Source of the DNA: an uncultured Planctomycetota bacterium
GTDB lineage: Bacteria; Planctomycetota; Planctomycetia; Isosphaerales; Isosphaeraceae
Assembly: GCA_963823665.1 (NCBI GenBank)
Contig: CAWGMQ010000003.1
Location: 896,001 to 960,000, forward strand
Direction of reading: 5' to 3'
DNA: 64,000 nt
The notes beneath the pieces were generated by a model that was not told the origin of the DNA, did no database searches, and worked only from the letters and a program-made list of their open reading frames with translations. The translations under genes and the position numbers were made by a program. How positions within the stretch are numbered: the stretch's first letter is position 1; each line of letters opens with the position of its first letter. This document shows, piece by piece, positions 53,507 through 64,000 of the stretch.

Positions 53507-56484
53507 ATGAGCAGAATGGCGAAGTCGCCGGTGATCTTGTCGGTTTTGATCCTGTTCGGCGCATGGATCGTCCGTGCGGACGAGCCCGGCGGGTTTTCAC
53601 CCGAGGAAGCCACGCGGCGCATGGTCGTGCCGCCGGGCTTCCACGTCGACATCTTCGCCGCCGAGCCGATGGTGCGGCAGCCGTTGTCGGCCAGCTTTGA
53701 CGAGCGCGGGCGGCTTTGGGTCATCGAATACTTGCAGTATCCCAATCCGGCAGGGTTGAAGCCGGTCAGCGTCGATCAGTACCTCCGCACTGAATATGAC
53801 CGCGTGCCCGAGCCGCCTCCCCGCGGCCCGCGGGGGGCAGACCGGATCAAGATCCTCGAGGATACCGACGGCGACGGCCGTGCCGACAGCGGAGAAGATC
53901 TTCGTCGACGGTTTGAACCTGGCCTCCGGCCTGGCGGTTGGACACGGGGGAATCTTCGTCGGCCAGGCGCCCTATCTCCTCTTCTATCCCGACCGAAACC
54001 ACGACGACCGGCCCGACGGCGACCCCGAGGTGCTCTTGACCGGTTTCGGCCTTCAAGATGCCCACTCAACCGTCAACTCGATGACCTGGGGGCCGGACGG
54101 CTGGCTCTACGGAGCCCAGGGAAGCACCGTCACCGCCAGGATCAATGGAATCGAGTTCCAGCAAGGAATCTGGCGATATCCACCCCAGGTCACACCGGTT
54201 CGAGCTATTCGCGGAGGGCGGAGGCAACACCTGGGGCCTCGACTTCGACGCCACGGGCAACGCGTTCGGCAGCAGCAACGGGGCATACATCACGTTTCAC
54301 ATGGTCCAGGGCGGCTACTACTTCAAGGGCTTCGCCAAGCACGGGCCGCTGCACAATCCGCACACTTACGGCTACTTCGGCCCGATCGCCTACGAGGGCA
54401 CGAAGCAGGGAGGCCACGTCACCCCGGGTGGGATCATCTACAAAGGCGACGCCTTCCCGCGGGAATTCCGGGGCGCGTTCATTGGCGGCAACCTGCTCTC
54501 GAACGCGGTCTACTGGCACAATCTCACGCTAGACGGCTCGACGTTCGCCGGCCGCCACGGAGGAACCCTGATCGATGCCCGCGACCGCTGGTTCCGGCCG
54601 ATCGACGTCCTGGTCGGGCCCGGACGCGGCCGTCTATGTGGTCGACTGGTACGACAAACGGGCCGCCCATCTCGACCCGCGCGACACCTGGGACCGCACC
54701 AACGGCCGAATCTATCGCGTCGTCTACGGAGAGCGCCGCAAGGTGCCCCCCTTTGACCTGGCCAAACGATCGAGCGATGACCTGGTCTCGCTCAGAGAAA
54801 GCAGCAACGACTGGTGGGCCGCCGAGGCGCGGCGCATCCTTGCGGAGCGGCGCGACCCTGCGATCGTTCGCGCGGCTGAAATCCCTGTTGCACGACGATC
54901 GGGACCCGACAATCGCCCTGCGAGATCTCTGGGCACTCCACATTAGCGGCGGGCTCGACGACGGCACCGCCAGCGAGCTTCTGGACCATCCGCTCGCCGC
55001 GGTCAGGCGCTGGACAATCCGCCTGCTCGGTGACGACCATCGCATGAACTCCGACCTACGCTCCAAGCTTGTCCGCCTGGCCGAGTCCGAGCCAGAGCCT
55101 CCGGTACGCAGCCAGCTCGCCTCGAGCTGCCAGCGCTGGGGCGCTGCCGACGCGCTGCCAATCCTGTCTCGGCTGGTGCAACGCGACTCGGACGCGACCG
55201 ACACCCACATCCCCAATCTCATCTGGTGGGCCTTCGAGCGGCAGTTACGCAACGACCCTCAGGCGGTCGTGGCGCTGCTGTGCACGCCAGTGGTGCAGCG
55301 AGGTCGATTGATTCAATCGGTTCTCGAGCGCACGGCTCGGGCACTGGCGTCAGACGGCTCGGCCGATGACGTCGCTTTGTGCACCCGACTTCTGGATTCC
55401 GCGTCGCGCGAGCGGCAATCAGAGCCGATCGTCACGGGCATGGACATGGGGCTCGAAGGCCGCCGGCTGGCACCGGCCCCCCCTGCCCTGAAGGATTCAC
55501 TCGCGCGTCTCTGGGCGGCTTCCGGAGGCGCACCAGAACTTCCTCTCATTCGCCTGTGTGCTCGCATGAAGCGTCCCGAGGCGATTGAGGCTGCCTTGAA
55601 GCTAGCGCGCGACCGTCATGAGCCCGAAAGCCGGCGGATTTCAATGATCGCACTACTCGGCTGAGCTCGGTCGCGCCGATGATGCAACCGTTCTGCTGGG
55701 TTTCCTCGACGAGGGCTCGAGCGTGACGCTCCAGCTCGCTGCGGTGGCCGCGCTCGGGCGATATCAAGAGGCGTCGTTATCAGCTCCGCTGCTCTCGCGC
55801 GCCCGGTCGGCGGCGCCGCCGGTACGAACCAACATTTTCGCTCTGCTGGCCTCGCGGCCCGCCTGGGCGCGGGCTCTGGTCGATGCGCTTGGTCGAGGTG
55901 AAGTCGCCACACGGGACATCACTCCTGCAAACGTTCAGACGATCGCCAAAGTCGCCGAGCCGGCGGTGGTCAAGCGGCTGGAGACACTTTGGGGCAAGCT
56001 GCCCGCACCGGGCTCTCCGGAAAAAACGCGACGCATCGCCGAGGTGCGCGGCCTGCTCCCCGAAGGCGACAAGGGCAACGCAGCGAGGGGCAAGCCGATC
56101 TTCAAAGAGCAGTGTGCAGTCTGCCACAAACTCTTCGAAGAGGGCGAGAACATCGGACCCGAGCTGACCGGCGCCGACCGGGGCAATCTCGACTTCCTGC
56201 TGACGAGCCTGGTCGACCCCAGCGCCCAGGTCCGCAAGGAATTTCAGTCGCAGACGATCGCCCTGCGCGACGGGCGAATTCTCTCAGGCCTGGTCGTCGA
56301 CGAAAACGACCGCGTGCTGACCCTGATCGACAGCAATCGCCAGAAGACGCCGATCAATCGGGATATGATCGAAGAATCCAAGCCGGCGGATGTCTCGCTG
56401 ATGCCTGAGGGGTTACTGGAAAAGCTGACGGAGCCCCAGATCCGGGATCTGTTCAAGTACCTTCAGAGCAGCGGCGTGAAGTAG
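53507..56484 (+). CDS. PVC-type heme-binding CxxCH membrane-bound dehydrogenase-like protein (about 5 frameshifts)
   Basis: VPPGFHVDIFAAEPMV, DRIKILEDTDGDG, WGPDGWLYG, GNTWGLDFD, HEAT repeats, CAVCH, IGPELTG, SLMPEGL. Confidence 0.9.
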
Positions 56485-56531
56485 CGGTTTCTCCTCCCCG
56501 GGAGGGCGAAGCTCCTGCGAAGGCGCCATTT

Positions 56532-56663
56532 CTCGTTCCCATGCTCCGCGTGGGAATGCCCTCTTCGACGCTCTGCGTCGTCCGACTTTGCTCGAGATGT
56601 TCCCCGATCGACCAGACGCAGAGCGTCGAAAACAAACGTCCCCACGCAGAGCGTGGGAACGAG
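56532..56663. repeat. REP doublet (nested inverted repeats)
   Basis: CTCGTTCCCATGCTCCGCGTGGG / CCCACGCAGAGCGTGGGAACGAG outer; TTCGACGCTCTGCGTC / GACGCAGAGCGTCGAA inner. Confidence 0.85.
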
Positions 56664-56869
56664 CCATTGCAAGTGTCTGTCCCATTAGAATTGCTACGAA
56701 TTCAACGGGATGGGCGTTACGCACGGCGAAGCTACCGCTGAGCCGTTTCCCAACAAGTGTTCGAACGAAATCCACACCATTGCAGAATCTCGATGATCCG
56801 CATATTCTGCTCGAGAATCCGGTCAATAACTCGAGATGCCGTCAGTTTATCGCCAAAGTACCTGATCCG

Positions 56870-57879
56870 ATGGGCGCCTATTTCCTGGTCCGACAGTCCG
56901 TCCCTCTCGCGCACGCCATACTTGCCGCGATGGCCCGGAATGATGTCCCGGAGCTTGCAGTCTGGCTCGCAGATTCCGCCGAGCCAAATTGCTGCCAGCT
57001 CAGCGACGAAGAATTCGAGCGGGCGAAGTCCTACGAGAGAGCAATCGTCCTCTCGTCACAGTTCCAGAAAGGCAAGGAAATCGCCATCGTGTTCGGTCCG
57101 CGCGACGAGTGGCCGCAGGAATTCAGCCAGTTCCGGGACTATTTTGCCGAAATAGACGGGCGCGAAGCCGAACGAAAACACATAACCGAAGAGATCTGGC
57201 TAGGGTGCGACACACGACCGAACGACCTCGCGAACTTCTCGCTCCCGCACTTGAGCACGCGAAAGACTCGCCTTTTTACAATCGCATGTTGCGAGTTGGT
57301 CATCGACAAGATGGTTGACCCGCGCAGTCGAACCGCTGTACAGGTGGCGCGAAAATATGTGAATGGCATCGCGAATCAGCAGGAGTTGAACGTAGCGTTT
57401 CAGGAAGCTTACGAGGCAGTGATTTCAGTCATGGTAAACGGACGCCGAGAACCGCGGCGTCGACGTTCAGGGCACCCCCGAACACGCAGCAGCCGTTCTG
57501 ACGAGCCACGCCGCAGCCCCCCACGCGCCAACACCCGCCTCGGAAATACCCGACGAAAGTAATAGCGATTACATCATCTGGAACACCATACAAGCCGCGA
57601 CCGACGACCCATCGATCAACGCCAAAATCACGGCCTCGCTGCGCGACATCTGCGGCAACCCGTTTCACCGTGTCCTCCCCGAGCCAGCATGGCAATCGCC
57701 CAGCCTGAAGTCGCTGGCCACCGCGATTTACGATCACAATGCGATCGATCGCCTTGCGGAACTAGGCACTGCCCTGGAGAATGTCGGCTGCTGTGAACAG
57801 ACAGTCCTTGATCACTGTCGTGTTCCGGGGCAGCACGTCCGCGGCTGCTGGGTCGTCGACCTCGTGCTCGGGCACCTGA
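56870..57879 (+). CDS. Planctomycete hypothetical protein with C-terminal HVRGCWVVDLVLG domain (frameshifted; start uncertain)
   Basis: RKTRLFTIACC, DPRSRTAVQVA; second frame LLRDICGNPF...ALENVGC...HCRVPGQHVRGCWVVDLVLGT*. Confidence 0.7.
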
Positions 57880-57924
57880 CATGGCGCAATAGGCCGACCG
57901 ATCTGTGAGAACCGAGACCCCACC

Positions 57925-58893
57925 GTGCGTGACATCCGCATCGCCACCGCCCAGTTCGAGCACCGCAACGGCGACAAGACCTTTAACCTCGCGCGGATCG
58001 AAGACCTGACCCGCCGCGCCGTCGAGAAAGGCGCGGAGATCGTCAGCTTCCATGAATGCTCGATCTGCGGCTACACGTTCCTCCAGCATCTCGACCGCGA
58101 CGAGCTAGCCTCCATCGCCGAACCTGTACCAGGCGGCCCATCCATTCGCGAGCTCGAGCGCATCTCCCGCGCCCACGGCACGGTCATCATGGCCGGCCTT
58201 ATCGAAGCGGCCGAAAACGGCCGCTTTCACAACTGCTACGCGACCGTCGGCCCCGACGGTTTCATCACCAAATTCAGAAAACTCCACACGTTCATCAACC
58301 CGCACCTGACGCCCGGCGATTCGTACAACGTGATCGATCTCCTGGGCATCAAAGCCGGCTTCCTGATCTGCTACGACAACAACCTTCCAGAAAACGTGCG
58401 GATTACCACCATGATGGGGGCGGAAGTCATCTTCATGCCGCACGTCACCGGCTGCCTCCCCTCCACGATGCCGGGACGTGGAACCGTCGATGGGGCACTC
58501 TGGGAAAACCGCCTGCGCGACCCCGTGCGCCTCCGCCAGGAGTTCGACGGGCCCAAGGGCCGCGGCTGGCTGCTCCGATGGCTGCCGGCCCGCGCCTGGG
58601 AGAACGGCATCTACGCCGTTTTCAGCAACCCGATCGGCCTCGACGACGTGACGATCAAACCCGGACTCGCCATGATCCTTGACCCTTACGGCGAAGTCCT
58701 GGCCGAGAGCCGCGAGCTCGGCGATGACGTCGTGGTCGCCTTGCTCACCGGCGACAAGATCCTCGATTCCTCGGGCAGGCGATACCTGCGAGCGCGGCGG
58801 CCAGAGCTCTACGGCAAGCTGGTCGAGCCACCGCCACCTGGCCAGGAACCCATCACCACCCCCGGCTGGAAACTCGCGAGCGGAACCTCCTGA
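57925..58893 (+). CDS. Nitrilase / carbon-nitrogen hydrolase family protein
   Basis: IVSFHEC, KFRKLH, LICYDNN catalytic E-K-C; ARAWENG. Confidence 0.92.
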   Translation: MRDIRIATAQFEHRNGDKTFNLARIEDLTRRAVEKGAEIVSFHECSICGYTFLQHLDRDELASIAEPVPGGPSIRELERISRAHGTVIMAGLIEAAENGRFHNCYATVGPDGFITKFRKLHTFINPHLTPGDSYNVIDLLGIKAGFLICYDNNLPENVRITTMMGAEVIFMPHVTGCLPSTMPGRGTVDGALWENRLRDPVRLRQEFDGPKGRGWLLRWLPARAWENGIYAVFSNPIGLDDVTIKPGLAMILDPYGEVLAESRELGDDVVVALLTGDKILDSSGRRYLRARRPELYGKLVEPPPPGQEPITTPGWKLASGTS

Positions 58894-59029
58894 CACGCGA
58901 GCAGTAACCAGACGCGACATCCAGCGATGTGGCTCGTTCGCAATGCCAACCCCACTGGCCATTCGAAACCGCGTCCGCTACAGTGTTCGTCACCTCGCGC
59001 TCAAAGCCCTGTCTCTTGAATCGGATGAC

Positions 59030-60568
59030 ATGATACGAAAGCCCGACTTCACACGCGGTATGAAAGTCAAGCTCCTCCTTCTTCTGGCATGCGCGTTCTC
59101 GATGTTCACGGCGCTACTGGGTCTCGCCGGGTGCAATTCGACCGCGACCTCGCAGCGCGTGCCGCCCCCGCCATCAGTCACGGTTGTCGAAGCCAAGAAG
59201 ATGACCGTGCCCCTCATCGTCAATCCAATCGCAACGACACGCGCTCTGGAAGAAGTGACCGTTCGCGCCCGCGTGCGAGGCTTCCTGACCGAGCGCCATT
59301 TCAAGGATGGCTCGAACGTCAAGAAAGACGACCTCCTGCTCGTGATCGATCAGAAGCCGTTCCAGGTCGCCCTCGATCAGTCAAAAGCCCAGCTCGCGTC
59401 AGCCCAAGCAACTCTCGAAAAAAGGCAGTCCTCGAAGGCAGTCGAGGTCGCAAAGGCCACCCTGGCGCTCGACAAGGCACAGCTTCGCCTTGATGAAGTC
59501 GAGGAGCGCCGCGAGCGCATTCTGCTGGCACGCAAGGCCGCGTCCCAGGAAGACTACGACAAGGCCGAGGCCCAGAAGCTCAAGAGCGCCGCGAGAGTCG
59601 AATCCGACCAGGCTTCACTCGAGCAGTCCATCGCCGATTTCAAGATCGACATCGAGAATGCCAAGGCCGAGATCGATCGCGCCCGTGCCGCGCTCGAAGA
59701 CGCCAGCATCAGTCTGGGCTACTGCAAGATGTACGCACCGATCTCCGGAAAGATCGGCGAGCTGAAGGTCAAGGTGGGCAACCTGGTCGGTGACGCCGGC
59801 TTGACCGAGCTCGTGACGATCGAGCAGCTTGATCCGATGGGGCTCGACGTCCGCCCCCCTGCGCGCTACCTGGAGCAAGCAACCGCCCTGCTCGGCACGG
59901 GAGTCGCCGTCAACCTCACCGTCGAAGGCGAGCGACGCCACCCGCACGTCGGCAAGGCCATTTTCATTGACAACACCGTCGACGCCCAGACGTCGACGTT
60001 CCTGTTGCGCGCGGCGGTGCCTAACCCCACCGGGTCGATCCTTCCGGGTGAGTACGTACGCGCCACCATGACTGTCGGCGAATATGTCGATGCCGTCGTC
60101 GTACCCGAGCAGGCTGTTCTCGAGGGACAAGAAGGCACTCGCGTCTTCTTCGTCGGTCCCGATAACAAGGTCGACGTGGCCAAAGTCTCGGGCGTCGACA
60201 CCTACCGCGGCCTGCGCGTGCTCGAGTCCGGCCTCGAGCCCGGCCAGCGCGTGATCGTCGAAGGGGTTCAGCTCATCCGGCAGGGGCAGAAGGTCGACGT
60301 CACCGTGACCTCGCTCGAAAAACTCATGACGGAAGAACTGCCTGTTCTGCCCGGTGATCTCCGATTCAACAGTCGAGTCTCGCGGGTTCCCGGCCGAGGC
60401 AAGACGGCGACGCCGAACGAACCTGAAAAACCCGCAACCGAAAAAGCCGCGCCCGAGAATTCCAAGGCCGAGCCCGCCTCGCCCGAGCAAGCCGCTCCCA
60501 AGGCTGCCGGCGCAAAAGGCAAGCTTCAAACGCCCGCCACGCCGCCAGCCGCGAAGCAGCCGAGGTAA
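59030..60568 (+). CDS. RND efflux periplasmic adaptor (membrane fusion lipoprotein)
   Basis: LAGC lipobox, VRARVRGFL, APISGKIG, GNLV, IDNTVD..T.T..LRA, LPGEYV, GLEPGQRVIVEG. Confidence 0.93.
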   Translation: MIRKPDFTRGMKVKLLLLLACAFSMFTALLGLAGCNSTATSQRVPPPPSVTVVEAKKMTVPLIVNPIATTRALEEVTVRARVRGFLTERHFKDGSNVKKDDLLLVIDQKPFQVALDQSKAQLASAQATLEKRQSSKAVEVAKATLALDKAQLRLDEVEERRERILLARKAASQEDYDKAEAQKLKSAARVESDQASLEQSIADFKIDIENAKAEIDRARAALEDASISLGYCKMYAPISGKIGELKVKVGNLVGDAGLTELVTIEQLDPMGLDVRPPARYLEQATALLGTGVAVNLTVEGERRHPHVGKAIFIDNTVDAQTSTFLLRAAVPNPTGSILPGEYVRATMTVGEYVDAVVVPEQAVLEGQEGTRVFFVGPDNKVDVAKVSGVDTYRGLRVLESGLEPGQRVIVEGVQLIRQGQKVDVTVTSLEKLMTEELPVLPGDLRFNSRVSRVPGRGKTATPNEPEKPATEKAAPENSKAEPASPEQAAPKAAGAKGKLQTPATPPAAKQPR

Positions 60569-60576
60569 GACCCCAC

Positions 60577-63500
60577 ATGGTCAACTTCTTCATCGGCCGG
60601 CCGATCTTCGCGACCGTGCTCGCCTTGCTCATGCTTCTGGTCGGCGGCATCTGCATCTTCATCCTGCCGATTGCCCAGTACCCCGAGATCACGCCGCCGC
60701 AGGTGCAGGTGACCACCACCTTCACCGGCGCAGATGCCCAGACGGTCGCCGAGACCGTCACCACGCCGATTGAACAGCAGGTCAACGGCGTGAAAGGCAT
60801 GATCTACTTCAATTCCGACAGCACCAGCAACGGAGTTTCCACGATCGTTGCAACCTTCGACGTCGGTTACTCCCAGGATATCGCCGCGGTCGACATCCAG
60901 AACCGCGTGCAAACCGCGCAGGCCGTGCTCCCGCCCGAAGTCAAGCAGTTCGGCGTGACGATCAAGAAGACATCGACCGACATGGTCTGCGTCGTGAACC
61001 TGGTTTCACCGGACGGCCGCTACGACTCGACATTCCTCGACAACTACGCGCAGATCTACGCCCTCGACGTGCTCAGGCGAATTCCGGGTGTCAGCGACGT
61101 GAACGCCTTCGGCCGCAAGTACGCCATGCGCATCTGGCTCGAGCCCGACCGCCTCGCCGCCCAGAAGATCGCGCCGACCGAGGTGATAAGCGCCATTCAG
61201 TCTGAAAACAAGCAGGCGGCCGCCGGCCGCATCGGCAGCCAGCCCGTGCCTCCCGGCCAGGCGCTCCGCGAATACCCGATACTCGTCAAGGGCCGCCTGA
61301 GCAGCGTGCAAGAGTTCGAGGAAATCATCGTCAGACGCCGCGATGACGGCTCGATCGTCCACCTTCGAGATGTCGCCCGCATCGAGCTCGACTCGGAGAA
61401 TTACGACACCGCCGGCTGGTTGAGCGGCAAGCCGGCCGGCACCCTGCCCGTCTATCAATACGCCGACGCCAACGCCCTCGACATCGTGCGCCAGGTCCGC
61501 GAGAACATGGACCGGCTCGCCAAGAGCTTCCCCCCCGGCCTCGAGTACCGGATTGCCTACGACACAACCAAATATGTGAGCGAGAACATCCGCGAGGTCG
61601 AAGAGACCCTGCTCGAAGCGTTTCTGCTCGTGCTCCTGGTCGTCTTCATCTTCCTTCAGGGCGTGCGGCCGACGATCATCCCCATGATGGCCATACCGGT
61701 CGCCCTGGTCGCGACCTTCGCCATGATGGCCGCCTTCGGCTTCTCGATCAACACGCTCACCTTGTGCGGCCTGATCCTGGCCATCGGCCTCGTGGTCGAC
61801 GACGCAATCATCGTGGTCGAGAACGTCGAGAAATACCTCGAGCGCGGCGAGCAGCCGGTGCCGGCCGTGCGCGCGGCCATGGCCGAGATCACGGCGCCCA
61901 TCCTGACCATCACGCTGGTGCTGGCCGCGGTGTTCGTTCCCGTGGCTTTCATCCCCGGCCTGACCGGCAGGCTGTACAACCAGTTTGCCATGACGATCGT
62001 CTTCTCGTTCGTCTTTTCCGCGATCAACTCCCTGACATTCAGCCCCGCGATGTCAGCGGTGTTCCTGCGGGCGCGGCACGGCCAGAGCAAATTCATTCTG
62101 TTCCGCTGGTTCAACGCGGGTATGCACTGGCTCGAGAATTCGTACGACGCGTTTCTCGACTTCACCGCACATCACTGGTGGACGATCGTCGTACCGTCGA
62201 TCGCGCTCCTGGCGCTCACATACGCCATGCTCATCGAGCGCCCCAAGGCGTTCATTCCGGTCGAGGACCAGGGCTACTTGATCACCGCGATCCAGACGCC
62301 GGATGGAACGGGCCGCGAGGCGACTTCCAAGGTGTCGGCTGCGATCAGCGACATCGCGCTCGGCATCGAAGGAGTGAGCGACGTCGTGCTGCTCGAGGGC
62401 TTCAACGTTCTGAATTCGACCAACCAGACGAATTCGGCCACGGCTTTCGTGATCCTCAAGGAATGGAGTGAGCGCACGAAATCCGAGCTTCGGGCACCGG
62501 CCCTGTCGACGAAGCTTCAGGCGGCGATCTCCAAGGGAATTCGAGGCGCGGTGGCCGTTGTGCTACAGCCCCCGCCGATCCGTGGCTTGAGCCAGACCGG
62601 CGGATTCGAATTCATGATCGAGGACCGCGAAGGCAAGGGCGTCGATGCGCTGGCCCTGATCACCGATCGATTCCTCGCCGAAGCGAAGAAACAGCCCGAG
62701 CTGGGCGCACTGTTCACGCCATTCACCGTCAAGGTTCCCCAGATTCGATTCAAACTCGATCGCACCAAGGCCGAGCGCTTGAATGTCGGCGTCTCCGACG
62801 TGTTCACGGTTCTTCAGACTTATCTCGGCGGTTACTACGTCAACGACTTCAACCTTTACGGCAAGGTCTGGAAGGTGATGGTGCAGGCCGAGGGATCTCA
62901 GCGCATCACGAAGACCGATATCGAAAGTCTCTACGTACTGAATCGCCAGGGCGACCGTGTGCCCCTCGACGCGCTGGGCGATGCGGTCTACGCCCTGGGC
63001 CCGATCGATGTCCCGCATTACAACATGTACAACGCGGCAAAGATCACCGGCGGGCCCGCCGCGGGGTATAGCTCGGGCCAGGCGATCGCCGCGATGGAAC
63101 GAGTGGCCGACGTGGTGCTGCCCGAAGGCTTCTCGTACGAGTGGACGGGTACGACGTTTCAGGAGCAGAAGACCGGCAACCTGGCGATGTACATCTTCGC
63201 CTTGTCGATCGTGTGTGTGTTCTTGTTCATGGCCGCCCTTTACGAAAGCTGGATCCGCCCTCTTGTGATCATCCTGACGGTGCCGCTGGCGATGTTCGGC
63301 GCCATGATCGGCCTCTGGATCTTCGACATGCCGCTCGACGTCTTCGGCCAGATCGGACTGGTGATGTTGATTGGGCTGGAAACCAAGAACGCGATCCTGG
63401 TCGTCGAGTTCGGCGTCGAGATGCAGCAGAAGCACGGCATGAACATCATCGACTCCGCCAAGGAGGCGTCGCGCCAGCGACTGCGCCCGATCCTGATGAC

Positions 63501-63750
63501 CTCATTCGCCTTCATCATGGGCGTCTTGCCCATGGCAAGAGCCACCGGCGCCGGCGCCTACAGCCGAAACTCCCTGGGCGTGGTGATCGCCTCCGGAATC
63601 CTGGTGAGCACCGTGCTGGGCCGATTTGTGATCCCGATCTACTACGTGCTAGGCGAGCGCATCAGCCAGTGGTTCCGCCGCCGCGGCGGAGGCGAGCCGG
63701 CCGAGCTAGAAGCGTCGGATCCAGGTGAAGAAAAGAAGCCCGTGCACTGA
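60577..63750 (+). CDS. RND efflux permease (HAE1/AcrB family)
   Basis: FFIGRPIFA, LPIAQYPEITPP, AIGLVVDDAIIVVENV, KNAILVVEF, RLRPILMTS. Confidence 0.97.
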   Translation: MVNFFIGRPIFATVLALLMLLVGGICIFILPIAQYPEITPPQVQVTTTFTGADAQTVAETVTTPIEQQVNGVKGMIYFNSDSTSNGVSTIVATFDVGYSQDIAAVDIQNRVQTAQAVLPPEVKQFGVTIKKTSTDMVCVVNLVSPDGRYDSTFLDNYAQIYALDVLRRIPGVSDVNAFGRKYAMRIWLEPDRLAAQKIAPTEVISAIQSENKQAAAGRIGSQPVPPGQALREYPILVKGRLSSVQEFEEIIVRRRDDGSIVHLRDVARIELDSENYDTAGWLSGKPAGTLPVYQYADANALDIVRQVRENMDRLAKSFPPGLEYRIAYDTTKYVSENIREVEETLLEAFLLVLLVVFIFLQGVRPTIIPMMAIPVALVATFAMMAAFGFSINTLTLCGLILAIGLVVDDAIIVVENVEKYLERGEQPVPAVRAAMAEITAPILTITLVLAAVFVPVAFIPGLTGRLYNQFAMTIVFSFVFSAINSLTFSPAMSAVFLRARHGQSKFILFRWFNAGMHWLENSYDAFLDFTAHHWWTIVVPSIALLALTYAMLIERPKAFIPVEDQGYLITAIQTPDGTGREATSKVSAAISDIALGIEGVSDVVLLEGFNVLNSTNQTNSATAFVILKEWSERTKSELRAPALSTKLQAAISKGIRGAVAVVLQPPPIRGLSQTGGFEFMIEDREGKGVDALALITDRFLAEAKKQPELGALFTPFTVKVPQIRFKLDRTKAERLNVGVSDVFTVLQTYLGGYYVNDFNLYGKVWKVMVQAEGSQRITKTDIESLYVLNRQGDRVPLDALGDAVYALGPIDVPHYNMYNAAKITGGPAAGYSSGQAIAAMERVADVVLPEGFSYEWTGTTFQEQKTGNLAMYIFALSIVCVFLFMAALYESWIRPLVIILTVPLAMFGAMIGLWIFDMPLDVFGQIGLVMLIGLETKNAILVVEFGVEMQQKHGMNIIDSAKEASRQRLRPILMTSFAFIMGVLPMARATGAGAYSRNSLGVVIASGILVSTVLGRFVIPIYYVLGERISQWFRRRGGGEPAELEASDPGEEKKPVH

Positions 63751-64000
63751 CCCTGTAGCAGGCACACTCCGTGTGCCGCCCGCCGGTTGAAGCGACCGGT
63801 CGAAACAAGGAAGAGCGCAAGCACACAGCTCCCGCTGAGCCGCACCCGTGTGCCCGTCGCCACGTCCTCCGGCCGCCTGACCCCAGATCCCCCCTTTGTT
63901 AACTTTGTTACCTTCTGTTCGACTCTCATGCTTTCACACGCCCATCTCCTCGATCGCAAAAAGCCATTCCAGGACCACAGCCCGCCAGAGCCGAGCGGCG

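Overview
High-GC bacterial DNA that looks like a planctomycete (probably Isosphaeraceae-like). That assignment is an inference from the PVC-type heme-binding CxxCH protein, the CRTAC1/ASPIC protein, the Uma2 nuclease, the ECF-sigma/Ser-Thr kinase pair and the 'HVRGCWVVDLVLG' family. Many genes, including essential ffh and trmD, carry single-base frameshifts, most likely long-read consensus errors. Layout: (1) 0.3-11.1 kb, MoxR/DUF58/BatA/VWA operon. (2) 11.5-19.2 kb, small genes plus an ECF sigma / Uma2 / TPR-kinase locus; the kinase is cut by a 192-bp MITE-like element, and the sigma 3' end plus a putative ECF promoter is duplicated. (3) 19.3-31.7 kb, accessory island: two copies of a selenoprotein-N-like thioredoxin-fold gene flank a WD40 gene split by IS1380, itself split by ISL3, followed by a VapBC-type module bounded by 29-bp direct repeats and a tyrosine-recombinase relic. 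(4) 31.7-35.4 kb, an apparently non-coding stretch full of repeats, including a 3-unit 68-bp-period palindromic array and a duplicated ~300-bp module. (5) GT4 glycosyltransferase, IS1182, TPR protein, ffh-rpsP-trmD-rplS, a YafQ-type TA pair, HAD phosphatase, cynS, secreted proteins, PVC heme protein, nitrilase and an RND efflux pair. No rRNA, tRNA, cas or reverse transcriptase gene was recognised. The best candidates for undescribed biology are the 31.7-35.4 kb repeat region, the MITE family, the direct-repeat-bounded TA cassette and the shuffled ECF-kinase module.
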